A stretch of DNA of 64,000 bases from Candidatus Thiodiazotropha sp. 'RUGA' (GTDB lineage: Bacteria > Pseudomonadota > Gammaproteobacteria > Chromatiales > Chromatiaceae): assembly GCA_016842065.1 (NCBI GenBank), contig JAEPDS010000014.1, positions 12,132-76,131 on the forward strand, given 5' to 3'. Every line of letters begins with the position of its first letter. Within the stretch, counting starts at the first letter, position 1. Under the pieces are notes generated by a model. It ran no database searches and was not told the DNA's origin. It saw only the letters and a list, made by a program, of their open reading frames with translations. This document shows positions 27,509 through 38,105 of the stretch, piece after piece. The translations under genes and the position numbers were made by a program.

Positions 27509-28900
27509 ATGATCAAGCTTTTTGGAATCTATATCTCTAAGGCCGTCGTACTGCTGGCCGTTGCGGAGGTATTGATATTTGTCTCCTCGATGCATGGCGC
27601 CATTCTGCTATTCCATCAAATCATCAACGAAACAGTCTCCCATCTGGAGAACAACATGCCAGTGATTTTCGCACTGGTGATGTTTTCTTCGATGACCGCC
27701 CTGGGTCTCTACCAGAAAGGCTCGATGGCAACCTCATCAGGTTTCCTGCTACGGATCATCCTGGCCTTTCTGGTCGGTGGCGTGGCAATGCTCTTGTTAT
27801 TGGCTATCGCTCCCATGTTCGTCGATCATGGCCAATCGGTACTCAGTTACGGTTTGACCCTGTCACTGCTGGGTATTCTGCTGGCGCGGACGATTTTTGT
27901 TCGGGTGACTTCCGATAAGATTCTGAAGCGCCGAGTGCTGGTTCTGGGTGTGGGAATCAATGCGGATCGCATTGAGGAGTCGGTTAGAAACAAAGATACG
28001 CTGGGTATTGTGGTGGTGGCCTATGTCAATCTTGGTGACAGGATTGAACTGATCGACAAGGACAGACAGATCATCAAGGATCAATCACTGCTGGAGATAT
28101 CCAACCGTCTGGCAGTGGATGAGATTGTGGTGGCGGTGGATGATCGACGCAAGAAACTGCCAAACCACGAGTTACTTGAGTGCAAGATCAAGGGAGTCAG
28201 GATACTCGATCTGCTGACCTTCTTTGAAAAAGAGCTCTCGATCATCAATATCGATCTGCTCTATCCAAGCTGGATGCTCTACACCGATGGCTACCGTCAG
28301 AGGGCCCTGAACCGGGCGATTAAAAAAGCCTTTGATATGTCAGTAGGCATCATCATTTTTGTGTTTGCCGCACCACTGATGGTTCTGGTCACCATCGCCA
28401 GTCTGATCGAATCAGCGGGCCGGGATCCGATTCTCTACAGTCAGGTTCGTGTCGGCAAGAACGGCAAGTTGTTCAAAGTCTACAAATTCCGCAGTATGCG
28501 TACCGATGCCGAGGCGGATGGAGTTGCCAGGTGGGCGACCAAAAATGACGCCCGCATTACCAAGTTGGGTGGTTTTCTGCGCAAGACCCGGCTGGATGAG
28601 TTACCGCAGATCTACAACATTCTGAATGGGGATATGAGCTTGGTCGGGCCACGACCGGAACGGCCTGAATTCGTCATGCAGTTGTCGAATGACATTCCCT
28701 ACTATCCGCAGCGTCATTGGGTTAAACCCGGCCTGACCGGTTGGGCGCAGATGCTCTATCCCTATGGTGCGTCTGAAGAGGATGCCAAGCGAAAACTCGA
28801 GTACGATCTCTACTACGTTAAAAATGCCAGCACCATGCTCGACTTCGTTATCCTCTTGCAAACCATAGAAGTGGTGCTGCTTGGCAAAGGCGCCCAGTAA
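27509..28900 (+). CDS. Priming sugar transferase (PEP-CTERM/XrtA EPS-system type)
   Basis: Four N-terminal TMs, a CoA-binding-like domain (RRVLVLGVG), YKFRSM, LDELPQ, GDMSLVGPRPERP, KPGLTGWAQ and YDLYY. Confidence 0.92.
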   Translation: MIKLFGIYISKAVVLLAVAEVLIFVSSMHGAILLFHQIINETVSHLENNMPVIFALVMFSSMTALGLYQKGSMATSSGFLLRIILAFLVGGVAMLLLLAIAPMFVDHGQSVLSYGLTLSLLGILLARTIFVRVTSDKILKRRVLVLGVGINADRIEESVRNKDTLGIVVVAYVNLGDRIELIDKDRQIIKDQSLLEISNRLAVDEIVVAVDDRRKKLPNHELLECKIKGVRILDLLTFFEKELSIINIDLLYPSWMLYTDGYRQRALNRAIKKAFDMSVGIIIFVFAAPLMVLVTIASLIESAGRDPILYSQVRVGKNGKLFKVYKFRSMRTDAEADGVARWATKNDARITKLGGFLRKTRLDELPQIYNILNGDMSLVGPRPERPEFVMQLSNDIPYYPQRHWVKPGLTGWAQMLYPYGASEEDAKRKLEYDLYYVKNASTMLDFVILLQTIEVVLLGKGAQ

Positions 28901-29186
28901 GCTGCTCTCAGCATGGGTTTAGAAAAGAGTATTCTGTAGACCGTACAAATACTCGCTCAAGTTGTGGCTCGCTGACAAGAGTAATCTACCCAAGGAGAAC
29001 AACAACCGACAGCAAGCCAAGTCAACAATTCCCTTTGTCCCTAAGAAAATCATGTTATATCATCATCTTATGAAATTGAGTTCCAGCGGAATGAAATTCA
29101 TGAGGTGTAACAGCATTGGATCGCTGACTTCTGGGTGGATGATTCACCCTTGATTCTAATAAAAATGGTTGAAGCGATCCTGTCCA

Positions 29187-32100
29187 ATGAAACGTATCGA
29201 CATCTTTCCCTGGGACGATAATTTCAATACCGGTCTTCCCACGATTGATGAACAGCACCGCCAATTGGTGCTGATGTTGAACGAACTGGCATCCCAGTTT
29301 GCGTTCGAATCGGAGCAGATCGACCTCAGCAAAGTGTTTGATGGGCTGTTGGAGTACACGGTCTACCACTTCGAGACAGAAGAGGCTGTCTGGCGTAAAT
29401 ATCTGCCGGATGAATCTTTGGAGGCGAGTCACCGGAATTCCCATCAGGCCTTTATCGATGAGCTGCAGACGCTGATCAGTCAGAAGGAGCAGGGCTCCAA
29501 ACATCGGGCTGCTGAACAGACCCTGGAATTTCTGGTTCGCTGGCTGGCTTCCCACATTCTTGAGTCCGATCGACATCTCTCCTATATCGTTTTAGGCCTG
29601 CGGCAGGGCCTTGCGCTGGAAGAGGCCAAGCACTACGCACTCGAAGAGATGAGTGGGTTTACCCGCAAGATGATCGATATCATTCTCTCCAGCTACGGGA
29701 TTCTCTCCAGCAACACATTGCGCCTGATGCAGGAGCTGGTGCAGCAGAAACAACTGGAGACAAAACTGCTGCGTCAAAGCGGATTTCTTAAAGTTCTGAT
29801 ACAGACCCTGCCTGATCTGATCTGGTTGAAGGATCCGGATGGGATCTATTTGGCCTGCAATCCAAGGTATGAGGATTATTTTGGTGCTGCAGAGGATGAA
29901 ATCCTGGGGAAATCAGCTATCGATTTCATGCCGGCGGATAAGGCGGCATCCTATCGTGAACATGATCTGAAAGTTATCGAACAGGGTGGTCCGAAGGTCT
30001 ATGAAGAGTGGGTCAGTTTTGCGGACGATCATCGTGAACTGCTGGAGACCACCAAGACACCGATGTATGACGAACAGGGGAACCTGATTGGAATCCTTGG
30101 GATTGGACACGATATTACTGAGCGTCGAGAGAGTGAAGACCAATTGCGTCAGGCCGCCAGCGTTTTCGCCTCAGCCCGTGAGGGGATCATGATCACCGAT
30201 CCTGATGGCACCATTCTGGATGTCAACAGTGCTTTCAGTCGAATTACCGATTACAGCCGCGACGAGGTGCTCGGCAAGAATCCCAGGCTGCTGGCTTCCG
30301 GGCGTCATGACACAGCTTTCTACGCAGGATTGTGGCAGGAGTTGCTGAAGCACGGGCACTGGTCAGGGGAGATCTGGAACCGGCGAAAGAACGGTGAGGT
30401 CTACGCTGAAATGCTGACCATCAGCAATGTCTACGATGAGCAGGGCAGCCTCAAATACTATGTGGGACTCTTCTCCGACATCACACCACTCAAAGAGCAG
30501 CAGAGAAAACTGGAGCGGATTGCCCACTACGATGTGCTGACCGGTCTGCCGAACCGGGTTTTGTTGGCTGATCGGCTCTATCAGGCAATGCTTCAGGCAC
30601 AACGGCGCAACACGCTGGTGGGTATCGTCTATCTGGATCTGGATGGCTTCAAGCAGATCAATGATGCTCATGGTCACGATGTGGGGGATCTGTTTCTGAT
30701 TCAGCTTGCGGAGCGCATGAAACACGCCTTACGAGAAGGCGACACCCTGTCTCGTCTGGGTGGGGATGAGTTTGTCGCGGTGCTGATGGACCTTGTGGAT
30801 CATGCCGCGAGTGTCAATATTATTGAGCGGTTGATGGCATCGGCAGCAGAACCGATACATATCAAAGGTATGGAGCTGAAAGTCTCGGCCAGTCTTGGTG
30901 TGACCTTCTTTCCTCAGGCAGAACTGCTCGATGCGGATCAACTGCTGCGACAGGCGGACCAGGCCATGTATCAGGCCAAGCAGGCAGGCAAGAATCGCTA
31001 TCATATCTTCGACGCTGAACATGACCGGACGGTGCGTGGCTATCATGAGAGCCTGGAACGGATTCGCATTGCCCTGAAAAGTGGTGAGATGGTGCTCTAC
31101 TATCAACCCAAGGTGAATATGCAGAGCGGTAGCGTTTTGGGTATGGAGGCACTGATTCGCTGGCAGCATCCACAACGAGGATTGCTGTTACCCGGTGCCT
31201 TCATGTCGGTCATAGAGCAGCATCCGTTTTCTGTCGAGCTGGGGGAGTGGGTGCTGGATACCGCACTCGCACAGATCGCTGAGTGGCGACGGGCCGGGGT
31301 ACCTTTGCAGGTCAGTGTGAACATCGATGCCATGCATCTGCAACAACCCAATTTTGTCACCCGACTGCGTTATCTGCTGGCAAAACATCCCAATGTAAAG
31401 CCCGGCGATCTGGAACTCGAGGTGTTGGAGACCAGTGCTCTGGATGAGATCGATCAGGTCTCTGAAATCATTCGTGATTGTCGTAACCTGGGTGTTGGTT
31501 TTGCGCTGGATGATTTTGGCACCGGTTACTCCTCTCTGACCTATCTGAAACGATTACCAGCCGGGCTGCTCAAGATCGATCAGAGTTTTGTGCGGGATAT
31601 GCTGGATGACCCGGATGATCTGGCAATACTGGAGGGTGTGCTCGGCCTGGCATCCGCCTTCAGTCGCAACGCCATCGCCGAAGGGGTTGAAACCCTGGCG
31701 CACGGTGAGATGCTGCTGAAACTGGGATGTCAGTATGGGCAGGGATACGCAATCGCCCGACCCATGCCATCGGAGGAGGTTCTGCAGTGGCTAAGCGATT
31801 GGCAACCAGATCAGCTTTGGAGTGAGACAGTCCGACTCAGCCGGGACGATCAACCCTTGCTGTTTGCTGCGGTAGAACATCGGGCCTGGATCGCTCACCT
31901 GTTGCAGTATGCGCAAGGTGAGAAGCTGGCACCACCGGTTTTGGATAGACATCAGTGCCGATTTGGTCAATGGCTGGATGGGCAAGCCAAGACCCGATTG
32001 GCCGATTCTCCAATGTTGCAAAAGATCATTTCAATTCACGAATCGATTCATGACTCGGCCGAGCAGCTTGTCAATCAAAAGATCGGTGTCGAGGTGAAGG

Positions 32101-32192
32101 ATTTCTTGAGTGAAATCGAGACATTTGAATCCCATCGGGATGAGTTGTTGCTGCTGTTGAATGAACTGATGGAGCACTCCAATCGGGATTGA
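29187..32192 (+). CDS. Hemerythrin-PAS-PAS-GGDEF-EAL-CZB c-di-GMP enzyme
   Basis: Hemerythrin ligands IDEQH, HFETEE, HRNSH and HILESD; REGD I-site followed by GGDEF; MEALIRW and DDFGTGYSS; CZB-like EH.AW, HQCRFGQWL and H...H. Confidence 0.93.
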   Translation: MKRIDIFPWDDNFNTGLPTIDEQHRQLVLMLNELASQFAFESEQIDLSKVFDGLLEYTVYHFETEEAVWRKYLPDESLEASHRNSHQAFIDELQTLISQKEQGSKHRAAEQTLEFLVRWLASHILESDRHLSYIVLGLRQGLALEEAKHYALEEMSGFTRKMIDIILSSYGILSSNTLRLMQELVQQKQLETKLLRQSGFLKVLIQTLPDLIWLKDPDGIYLACNPRYEDYFGAAEDEILGKSAIDFMPADKAASYREHDLKVIEQGGPKVYEEWVSFADDHRELLETTKTPMYDEQGNLIGILGIGHDITERRESEDQLRQAASVFASAREGIMITDPDGTILDVNSAFSRITDYSRDEVLGKNPRLLASGRHDTAFYAGLWQELLKHGHWSGEIWNRRKNGEVYAEMLTISNVYDEQGSLKYYVGLFSDITPLKEQQRKLERIAHYDVLTGLPNRVLLADRLYQAMLQAQRRNTLVGIVYLDLDGFKQINDAHGHDVGDLFLIQLAERMKHALREGDTLSRLGGDEFVAVLMDLVDHAASVNIIERLMASAAEPIHIKGMELKVSASLGVTFFPQAELLDADQLLRQADQAMYQAKQAGKNRYHIFDAEHDRTVRGYHESLERIRIALKSGEMVLYYQPKVNMQSGSVLGMEALIRWQHPQRGLLLPGAFMSVIEQHPFSVELGEWVLDTALAQIAEWRRAGVPLQVSVNIDAMHLQQPNFVTRLRYLLAKHPNVKPGDLELEVLETSALDEIDQVSEIIRDCRNLGVGFALDDFGTGYSSLTYLKRLPAGLLKIDQSFVRDMLDDPDDLAILEGVLGLASAFSRNAIAEGVETLAHGEMLLKLGCQYGQGYAIARPMPSEEVLQWLSDWQPDQLWSETVRLSRDDQPLLFAAVEHRAWIAHLLQYAQGEKLAPPVLDRHQCRFGQWLDGQAKTRLADSPMLQKIISIHESIHDSAEQLVNQKIGVEVKDFLSEIETFESHRDELLLLLNELMEHSNRD

Positions 32193-32264
32193 CAACACAA
32201 TACAGGGGCGCCGAATGTATCGGTCTTCCTGGCTCCAATCCTCAATTGGTTACCGATTGGCGCT

Positions 32265-34031
32265 TTAAACCGCAGCGGCCGCTAACAGTTGACCCGATAG
32301 CTCTTTAATCTGGATTTTGCGGGAAAACCTCAACTTCTGAGGGTAGGGGAAGACATCCGCCTGTCTACCGGCTGCCAGGCTCTCCTGGGCATTCTGCCAA
32401 CTGCTGATGTCAAACAGATCCGGATGCAATTCCATCAGCATTTTGCGGATTTTTGGATCGGTACTGACGAAAGTGATGAACTCTTCTGGAAAGATGTCAT
32501 TGGGATTGACGCTATACCAGGGCTCATCTCTGAACAGATCGAGAGAGCTTCTTGGCGGCGGGATTCTGCGGAAGTTACATTCACTGAGATAACAGATCTC
32601 ATCATAGTCGTAGAACACCACTTTCTGCTGGTCATTGACCCCAAAATTCTTAAACAACAGGTCGCCCGGGAAGATGTTCACGCCCATCAGCTGTTTCAGC
32701 GCCAGTCCCCAGTCATCGAGGATCTTTCGCGCCATCTCTTCATCGGTCTCTTCCAGAAAGAGATTGAGGGGTTTCATGCGGCGTTCGATATAGAGATGCT
32801 TGATCACCAGTTTGTCATCGTCGATTTCGAGTTGATTGGCGATGGTGTTCTGCAGCTCCTCGAGTAATTTCGGTTCAAACCGATCGATTGGCAGGGCCAC
32901 TTCGGCAAAGTCGAGGGTGTCTGCCATACGGCCGATACGGTCATGCTTCTTGACCTGAAAATAGCGCTCTTTGATCAGCTTGTGGGTAACCTCTTTCTGG
33001 GGTGGAAATTGGTCACGTATCACTTTGAATACATAGGGAAAGGATGGCAGGGTAAAGACCTGCATCACAAGTCCGGGTGTGCCGGCGGCAAGGATGAATT
33101 TATCCTCGCTGTCGTCGAGATGGTTGAGCAGATCCCGGTAGAACTCATTCTTCGCCTGTTTGTGTAGCCCAATGCTCATGTAGAGCTCAGAGAGGGTTTT
33201 ATCGGGCATGATCGTTTTCAGAAAAGCGACTGTGGCGGTGGGTACCGGGGTTTTCGCCATGAAGTAGGCCCGGGCAAAGCTGAACAGGGCTTCCACATGC
33301 CGGCTGCGGATCAGCAGGGCATCGACGAACAGGGCTCCCTCTTCATTGTTGATCAGCGGGATGATGAACGGACGGATTCGATCCCCATAGACCATTCTGC
33401 CAATCAGATAGGCCGCCTTGTTGCGGTAGAAGGGTGATTCGAGGATATCGAAGCGCAGATCTTTCGGTAGGCTGTCGAATCCGGCCTGCTCGATCAGCGA
33501 CTCGGCCAGCAGTTTGCAATCCCTGTCGATGTCCTCGTAGGGAAGGGAGAAGTAGAAGGCGGAGAGCATGTCCCAGATGCAGCCCTGAAGATTTCCCTCA
33601 TCCAGGTGGAACGACATATAGACCTGGTAGCGTTCGGAGAGGCCCTGACGATCCACCTGAGACTCGATGAAGATCTTGTCGTTATCGTAGTAACGTCTGT
33701 CAAAGAGCCTGCAAAATACTGAATTATAGAAAGTTTCAGCCAGTTCAGGACGGCTGTGAGTACGCAGCAGTTTACCGTAGATCTGTTTTACATCCTGCCA
33801 CAGCCCTTCATCCAGTACCTCAATGTCAAAGCTCGACTTGAGTCGTTCGATCGCCTCTTTGACACGCATGTCATAGAAGCTGATGCGCTTCGCCGATGCC
33901 TCACGCACAGCCTGCCAGTCCGCATGTTCAAAGCGTTGACGGGCAGCACTGCTGATCTCCTGAAAGAAGGAGAAGTGTCTCTCAAATCCGGTCAGGATCG
34001 AGCGGGCGATCTGTTGGGGCTGGTTCTGCAT
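32265..34031 (-). CDS. aceK: Isocitrate dehydrogenase kinase/phosphatase
   Basis: PELAETFYNSVFCR, FYRNKAAYLIGR, AAGTPGLVMQVF, HDRIGRMADT, FPGDLLFKNFGV and VFYDYDEI. Confidence 0.97.
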   Translation of the reverse strand: MQNQPQQIARSILTGFERHFSFFQEISSAARQRFEHADWQAVREASAKRISFYDMRVKEAIERLKSSFDIEVLDEGLWQDVKQIYGKLLRTHSRPELAETFYNSVFCRLFDRRYYDNDKIFIESQVDRQGLSERYQVYMSFHLDEGNLQGCIWDMLSAFYFSLPYEDIDRDCKLLAESLIEQAGFDSLPKDLRFDILESPFYRNKAAYLIGRMVYGDRIRPFIIPLINNEEGALFVDALLIRSRHVEALFSFARAYFMAKTPVPTATVAFLKTIMPDKTLSELYMSIGLHKQAKNEFYRDLLNHLDDSEDKFILAAGTPGLVMQVFTLPSFPYVFKVIRDQFPPQKEVTHKLIKERYFQVKKHDRIGRMADTLDFAEVALPIDRFEPKLLEELQNTIANQLEIDDDKLVIKHLYIERRMKPLNLFLEETDEEMARKILDDWGLALKQLMGVNIFPGDLLFKNFGVNDQQKVVFYDYDEICYLSECNFRRIPPPRSSLDLFRDEPWYSVNPNDIFPEEFITFVSTDPKIRKMLMELHPDLFDISSWQNAQESLAAGRQADVFPYPQKLRFSRKIQIKELSGQLLAAAAV

Positions 34032-34292
34032 TGTTTTGGTGCGTCGTTTTTTCGTTTGGTCGTTATATCTGAGCGATTAAGTAAGGTTTAGCAGATTTTT
34101 ATTGCGGTGCACTATTTTTTTTGTCAAAGCTAACTATTGAGATTTTTTTGAAAATAATGTTGACCTTTTCACTATGCTTTAACGCAGTGCACAAAAAGTC
34201 GAACACGCCTCAGAGAATGGCAGTGCGATTTTTCAGCCGTTACGACCGCACCAAGCAAGTGCGCGGCGAAGAATATGAGGAGATTGAAAATT

Positions 34293-35906
34293 ATGTCTAG
34301 TACCACATCGACCCTCTGGCATCAGGCGCAAGAGGTCAGAATCACCGGCGAGATGAAGTCGGAGTATCAGGAGATACTGTCACCGGAGGCACTTCACTTC
34401 GTTGCTGAGCTGGAGCGTCTGTTTGGCGAAACCAGACGTGAGCTGCTGAAGAGCCGGTCACAACGCCAGCAACTGCTCAACCAGGGTCAACTCCCCGATT
34501 TTCTGGAAGGGACCAGCGGAATCCGGCAGTCTGAATGGACGGTTCGCCCGGCGCCAAAGGATCTGCAGGATCGACGGGTGGAGATTACCGGTCCGGTTGA
34601 TCGCAAGATGCTGATCAACGCCCTCAATTCCGGGGCAAAATGTTTTATGGCGGACCTCGAGGATGCCCACTCGCCTCACTGGAACACCACTGTGGAAGGG
34701 CAGATCAACCTGCGTGAGGCGGTCAACCGCACACTCAGCTTCACCAGTCCGGAAGGCAAGCAGTACCAGCTCGGTGATCAGCTGGCTACCCTGATTGTAC
34801 GTCCCCGTGGCTGGCATCTGGAAGAGAAACACATGAGTGTGGACGGCCGACGGATCAGTGGCGCCTTTTTCGATTTCGGGCTCTATCTGTTCCATAACGC
34901 CAAAACCCTGCTGGAGATGGGCAGTGGACCCTATTTCTACCTACCGAAAATGGAGAGCTACCTCGAGGCTCGGCTATGGCGTGATGTCTTCGCCTGGGCA
35001 GAACAGGAGCTTGGTCTCGACCAGGGCACCATTCGCTGTACCGTACTGATCGAAACCATCACCGCGGTTTTCGAGATGGATGAGATCCTCTACGAGTTGA
35101 GAGACTACATCTGCGGTCTCAACTGTGGTCGCTGGGACTATATCTTCAGCTTCATCAAACGTTTTCACGCCAATCCGGAATTCGTCCTGCCGGACCGCAG
35201 CCAGGTCAGCATGACCGTGCCTTTCCTCAGATCCTATTCAAAGCTGCTGATCAATACCTGTCATCGTCGTGGCGCCCATGCGATGGGCGGTATGGCGGCA
35301 CAGATCCCGATTCGCGACGATCCGCAAGCGGATGCAGCGGCCAAAGAGAAGGTCAGACAGGACAAGGAGCGGGAAGCGACAGACGGCCATGACGGTACCT
35401 GGGTGGCGCATCCGGGACTGGTTCCTGTAGCGATGGAGATTTTCAATCACCACATGCCTGAAGCCAATCAGCTTGATCGTATCGATGAGTCACTCTCGGT
35501 CAAGGCGGCTGATCTGCTGGCGGTGCCTGAAGGTGAAATTACAGAAGCCGGATTACTCAACAACGTCAGTGCCGCATTGCGCTATACCGCTGCCTGGATC
35601 GGTGGCCGCGGTGCAGTACCAATTCACCACCTGATGGAAGACGCGGCTACTGCCGAAATCGCCAGATCCCAGATCTGGCAGTGGATCCGCTATCCGAAAG
35701 GTGTTTTGAGCGATGGCCGCAAGGTCACCTATCAGATTTTCGAACAGGCGGTTAAGGACGAACTTCATGAGATCAGACAGGAGTTCGGAGAGTTGGCCTA
35801 TGAGTCAGGCAACTTTGAGCAGGCAGCTGAGCTGTTGAAACAGATCGTTGCCAACGATGAGTTTGAGGAGTTCCTCACCTTACCGGCTTACGAGCAATTA
35901 ACTTGA
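34293..35906 (+). CDS. aceB: Malate synthase A
   Basis: RRVEITGPVDRKM, MADLEDA, GPYFYLPKMES, LNCGRWDYIFS, LMEDAATAEIARSQ. ATG 34293 follows a GAGGAG RBS. Confidence 0.97.
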   Translation: MSSTTSTLWHQAQEVRITGEMKSEYQEILSPEALHFVAELERLFGETRRELLKSRSQRQQLLNQGQLPDFLEGTSGIRQSEWTVRPAPKDLQDRRVEITGPVDRKMLINALNSGAKCFMADLEDAHSPHWNTTVEGQINLREAVNRTLSFTSPEGKQYQLGDQLATLIVRPRGWHLEEKHMSVDGRRISGAFFDFGLYLFHNAKTLLEMGSGPYFYLPKMESYLEARLWRDVFAWAEQELGLDQGTIRCTVLIETITAVFEMDEILYELRDYICGLNCGRWDYIFSFIKRFHANPEFVLPDRSQVSMTVPFLRSYSKLLINTCHRRGAHAMGGMAAQIPIRDDPQADAAAKEKVRQDKEREATDGHDGTWVAHPGLVPVAMEIFNHHMPEANQLDRIDESLSVKAADLLAVPEGEITEAGLLNNVSAALRYTAAWIGGRGAVPIHHLMEDAATAEIARSQIWQWIRYPKGVLSDGRKVTYQIFEQAVKDELHEIRQEFGELAYESGNFEQAAELLKQIVANDEFEEFLTLPAYEQLT

Positions 35907-35961
35907 TTGGTCGTAGCGATACCACCAAAACAAAATTGAGACATGACTGGAGATGACACAA

Positions 35962-37284
35962 ATGACACGTAAAGAACAGATCGAAGCGTTGAACAAGGAT
36001 TGGGCAGAAAATCCCCGTTGGACAGACGTCAAACGCGGTTACAGCGCTGAGGACGTAGTCCGTCTGCGCGGCTCGGTTCAACCTGAATACACCTATGCAA
36101 AGAAAGGTGCCGAAAAACTTTGGGACCTGGTTCGCGGCGATGCCAAGAAAGGCTATGTGAACTGCATGGGCGCGATCACCGGTGGTCAGGCGATGCAGCA
36201 GGCAAAGGCCGGTATCGAAGCGATCTATCTGTCGGGTTGGCAGGTTGCCGCCGACGGTAATACTTCCGAAACCATGTATCCAGACCAGTCTCTCTACGCC
36301 TACGACTCGGTACCCACCATGGTGCGTCGTATCAACAGTGCCTTCAAGCGTGCTGACGAGATCCAGTGGTCAAGAGATATCAACCCGGGTGAAGAAGGTC
36401 ACGTGGACTATTTCCTTCCCATCGTGGCCGACGCGGAAGCCGGTTTCGGTGGTGTACTCAACGCCTTCGAACTGATGAAAAACATGATCGCTGCCGGTGC
36501 TGCCGGTGTGCACTATGAAGACCAGCTGGCGGCAGTAAAGAAATGTGGTCACATGGGTGGCAAGGTACTGGTACCGACTCAGGAAGCGGTGCAGAAACTG
36601 ATCGCCGCCCGTCTGGCAGCGGATGTGATGGGTGTGCCCACCCTGGTACTGGCCAGAACCGATTCTGAGGCAGCCAATCTGTTGACCTCCGATGTGGACG
36701 CCAACGATCAGCCCTTCCTCACCGGTGAGCGTACTGCCGAGGGTTTCTATCGGGTTAAGAACGGTCTGGAACAGGCCATCTCCCGCGGAATTGCCTATGC
36801 GCCTTATGCCGATCTGGTGTGGTGTGAAACCGGTACGCCGGATCTGGGTTTTGCTCGTGAATTCGCTCAGGCGGTACTGGCTGAGAATCCAAACAAGCTG
36901 TTGGCCTATAACTGCTCACCTTCTTTCAACTGGAAGAAAAACCTGGATGACAGCACCATCGCGAAATTCCAGGATGAGCTCGCTGACATGGGTTATAAAT
37001 ATCAGTTCATTACCCTGGCGGGTATCCACAACATGTGGTTCAACATGTTCGACCTGGCCTATGACTACGCCCGCGGTGAAGGCATGAAACACTATGTTGA
37101 GAAGGTTCAGGAACCTGAATTCGCAGCCCGCGACAAAGGCTATACCTTTGTTTCTCACCAGCAGGAAGTCGGCGCTGGCTACTTCGACGATGTCACCACC
37201 GTGATTCAGGGTGGTGCCTCCTCCGTGACCGCTTTGACCGGTTCCACTGAAGAAGAGCAATTCGACAGCGCGGCAAGCATGTAG
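35962..37284 (+). CDS. aceA: Isocitrate lyase
   Basis: [28 protein letters not shown] and [12 protein letters not shown] 35962 has the better RBS spacing. Confidence 0.98.
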   Translation: MTRKEQIEALNKDWAENPRWTDVKRGYSAEDVVRLRGSVQPEYTYAKKGAEKLWDLVRGDAKKGYVNCMGAITGGQAMQQAKAGIEAIYLSGWQVAADGNTSETMYPDQSLYAYDSVPTMVRRINSAFKRADEIQWSRDINPGEEGHVDYFLPIVADAEAGFGGVLNAFELMKNMIAAGAAGVHYEDQLAAVKKCGHMGGKVLVPTQEAVQKLIAARLAADVMGVPTLVLARTDSEAANLLTSDVDANDQPFLTGERTAEGFYRVKNGLEQAISRGIAYAPYADLVWCETGTPDLGFAREFAQAVLAENPNKLLAYNCSPSFNWKKNLDDSTIAKFQDELADMGYKYQFITLAGIHNMWFNMFDLAYDYARGEGMKHYVEKVQEPEFAARDKGYTFVSHQQEVGAGYFDDVTTVIQGGASSVTALTGSTEEEQFDSAASM

Positions 37285-37290
37285 TCTCTA

Positions 37291-37395
37291 CAGCGTGTGA
37301 TCCAGCGGTTGAATGATCCCTTCAACCGCTGCCGTCACACAGCTGCTACCCAGTTTTCTGCCCTTCGGCCGTGCCTCCTGGCACGGCTTTTTTTT
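37291..37395 (+). terminator. Long hairpin plus rho-independent terminator after aceA
   Basis: Stem CAGCGGTTGAA/TTCAACCGCTG (37303-37331), then GCCGTGCC-TCCT-GGCACGGC followed by T7 (37368-37394). Confidence 0.8.
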
Positions 37396-37482
37396 CTTTC
37401 CGGAAAGGGTGGCCGGGCTGGCGTTGCTGGACATGAGTAAGTGCTATAACTTGATATAACAAAAGAAGAAACAGATTGGAGA

Positions 37483-37983
37483 GTGGAGATGACTACCAGT
37501 GAAAGCACCCTGAAGACAGCCGATCTATATGACATCCATGAAGAGTCGTTACAGATCTGCTATCCCGGATTTCGCCACTATGGGGGACAACATGCCTTCA
37601 GCGGCCCCATCGCAACCCTGAAGTGCTTCGAAGACAATTCGCTGGTGCGGGAACAGTTGGACCAGGCAGGGCAGGGCAGGATATTGGTTGTGGATGCCGG
37701 CGGCTCGCTTCGTTGTGCCATGTTGGGTGACATCCTGGCGCAGATGGCGGTGGACAATGGATGGGCCGGGATCATCATGAATGGCTGTATTCGGGATGCG
37801 GCTGAAATCGGTGAGATGCCTCTGGGGGTTATGGCACTCGCCACCAATCCACGAAAAAGTGTAAAAAAAGGTGTCGGGGAAGTGGGCGGTGAGGTCTATT
37901 TCGCCGGGGTAAGTTTCAAACCCGGTGAGTGGCTCTATGCGGATGAAGACGGCATTGTGGTGCTTGATCATCAGGCGACTTAA
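37483..37983 (+). CDS. rraA: RraA family protein (regulator of RNase E / HMG aldolase-like)
   Basis: TADLYD, FSGPIATLKCFEDNS, LVVDAGGS, LGDILA, GCIRD and ADEDG. Confidence 0.93.
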   Translation: MEMTTSESTLKTADLYDIHEESLQICYPGFRHYGGQHAFSGPIATLKCFEDNSLVREQLDQAGQGRILVVDAGGSLRCAMLGDILAQMAVDNGWAGIIMNGCIRDAAEIGEMPLGVMALATNPRKSVKKGVGEVGGEVYFAGVSFKPGEWLYADEDGIVVLDHQAT

Positions 37984-38105
37984 GTTGGTGTTTTTTGTAA
38001 TCGTTCGTCGATTCGGCCCGGGTTGATTCATAAGTTGCCTAGTGAATTCCCCGGCGGATCACGGTATAACCTGCATTCAATATCCAACCAAACGATGGTG
38101 TCTGT

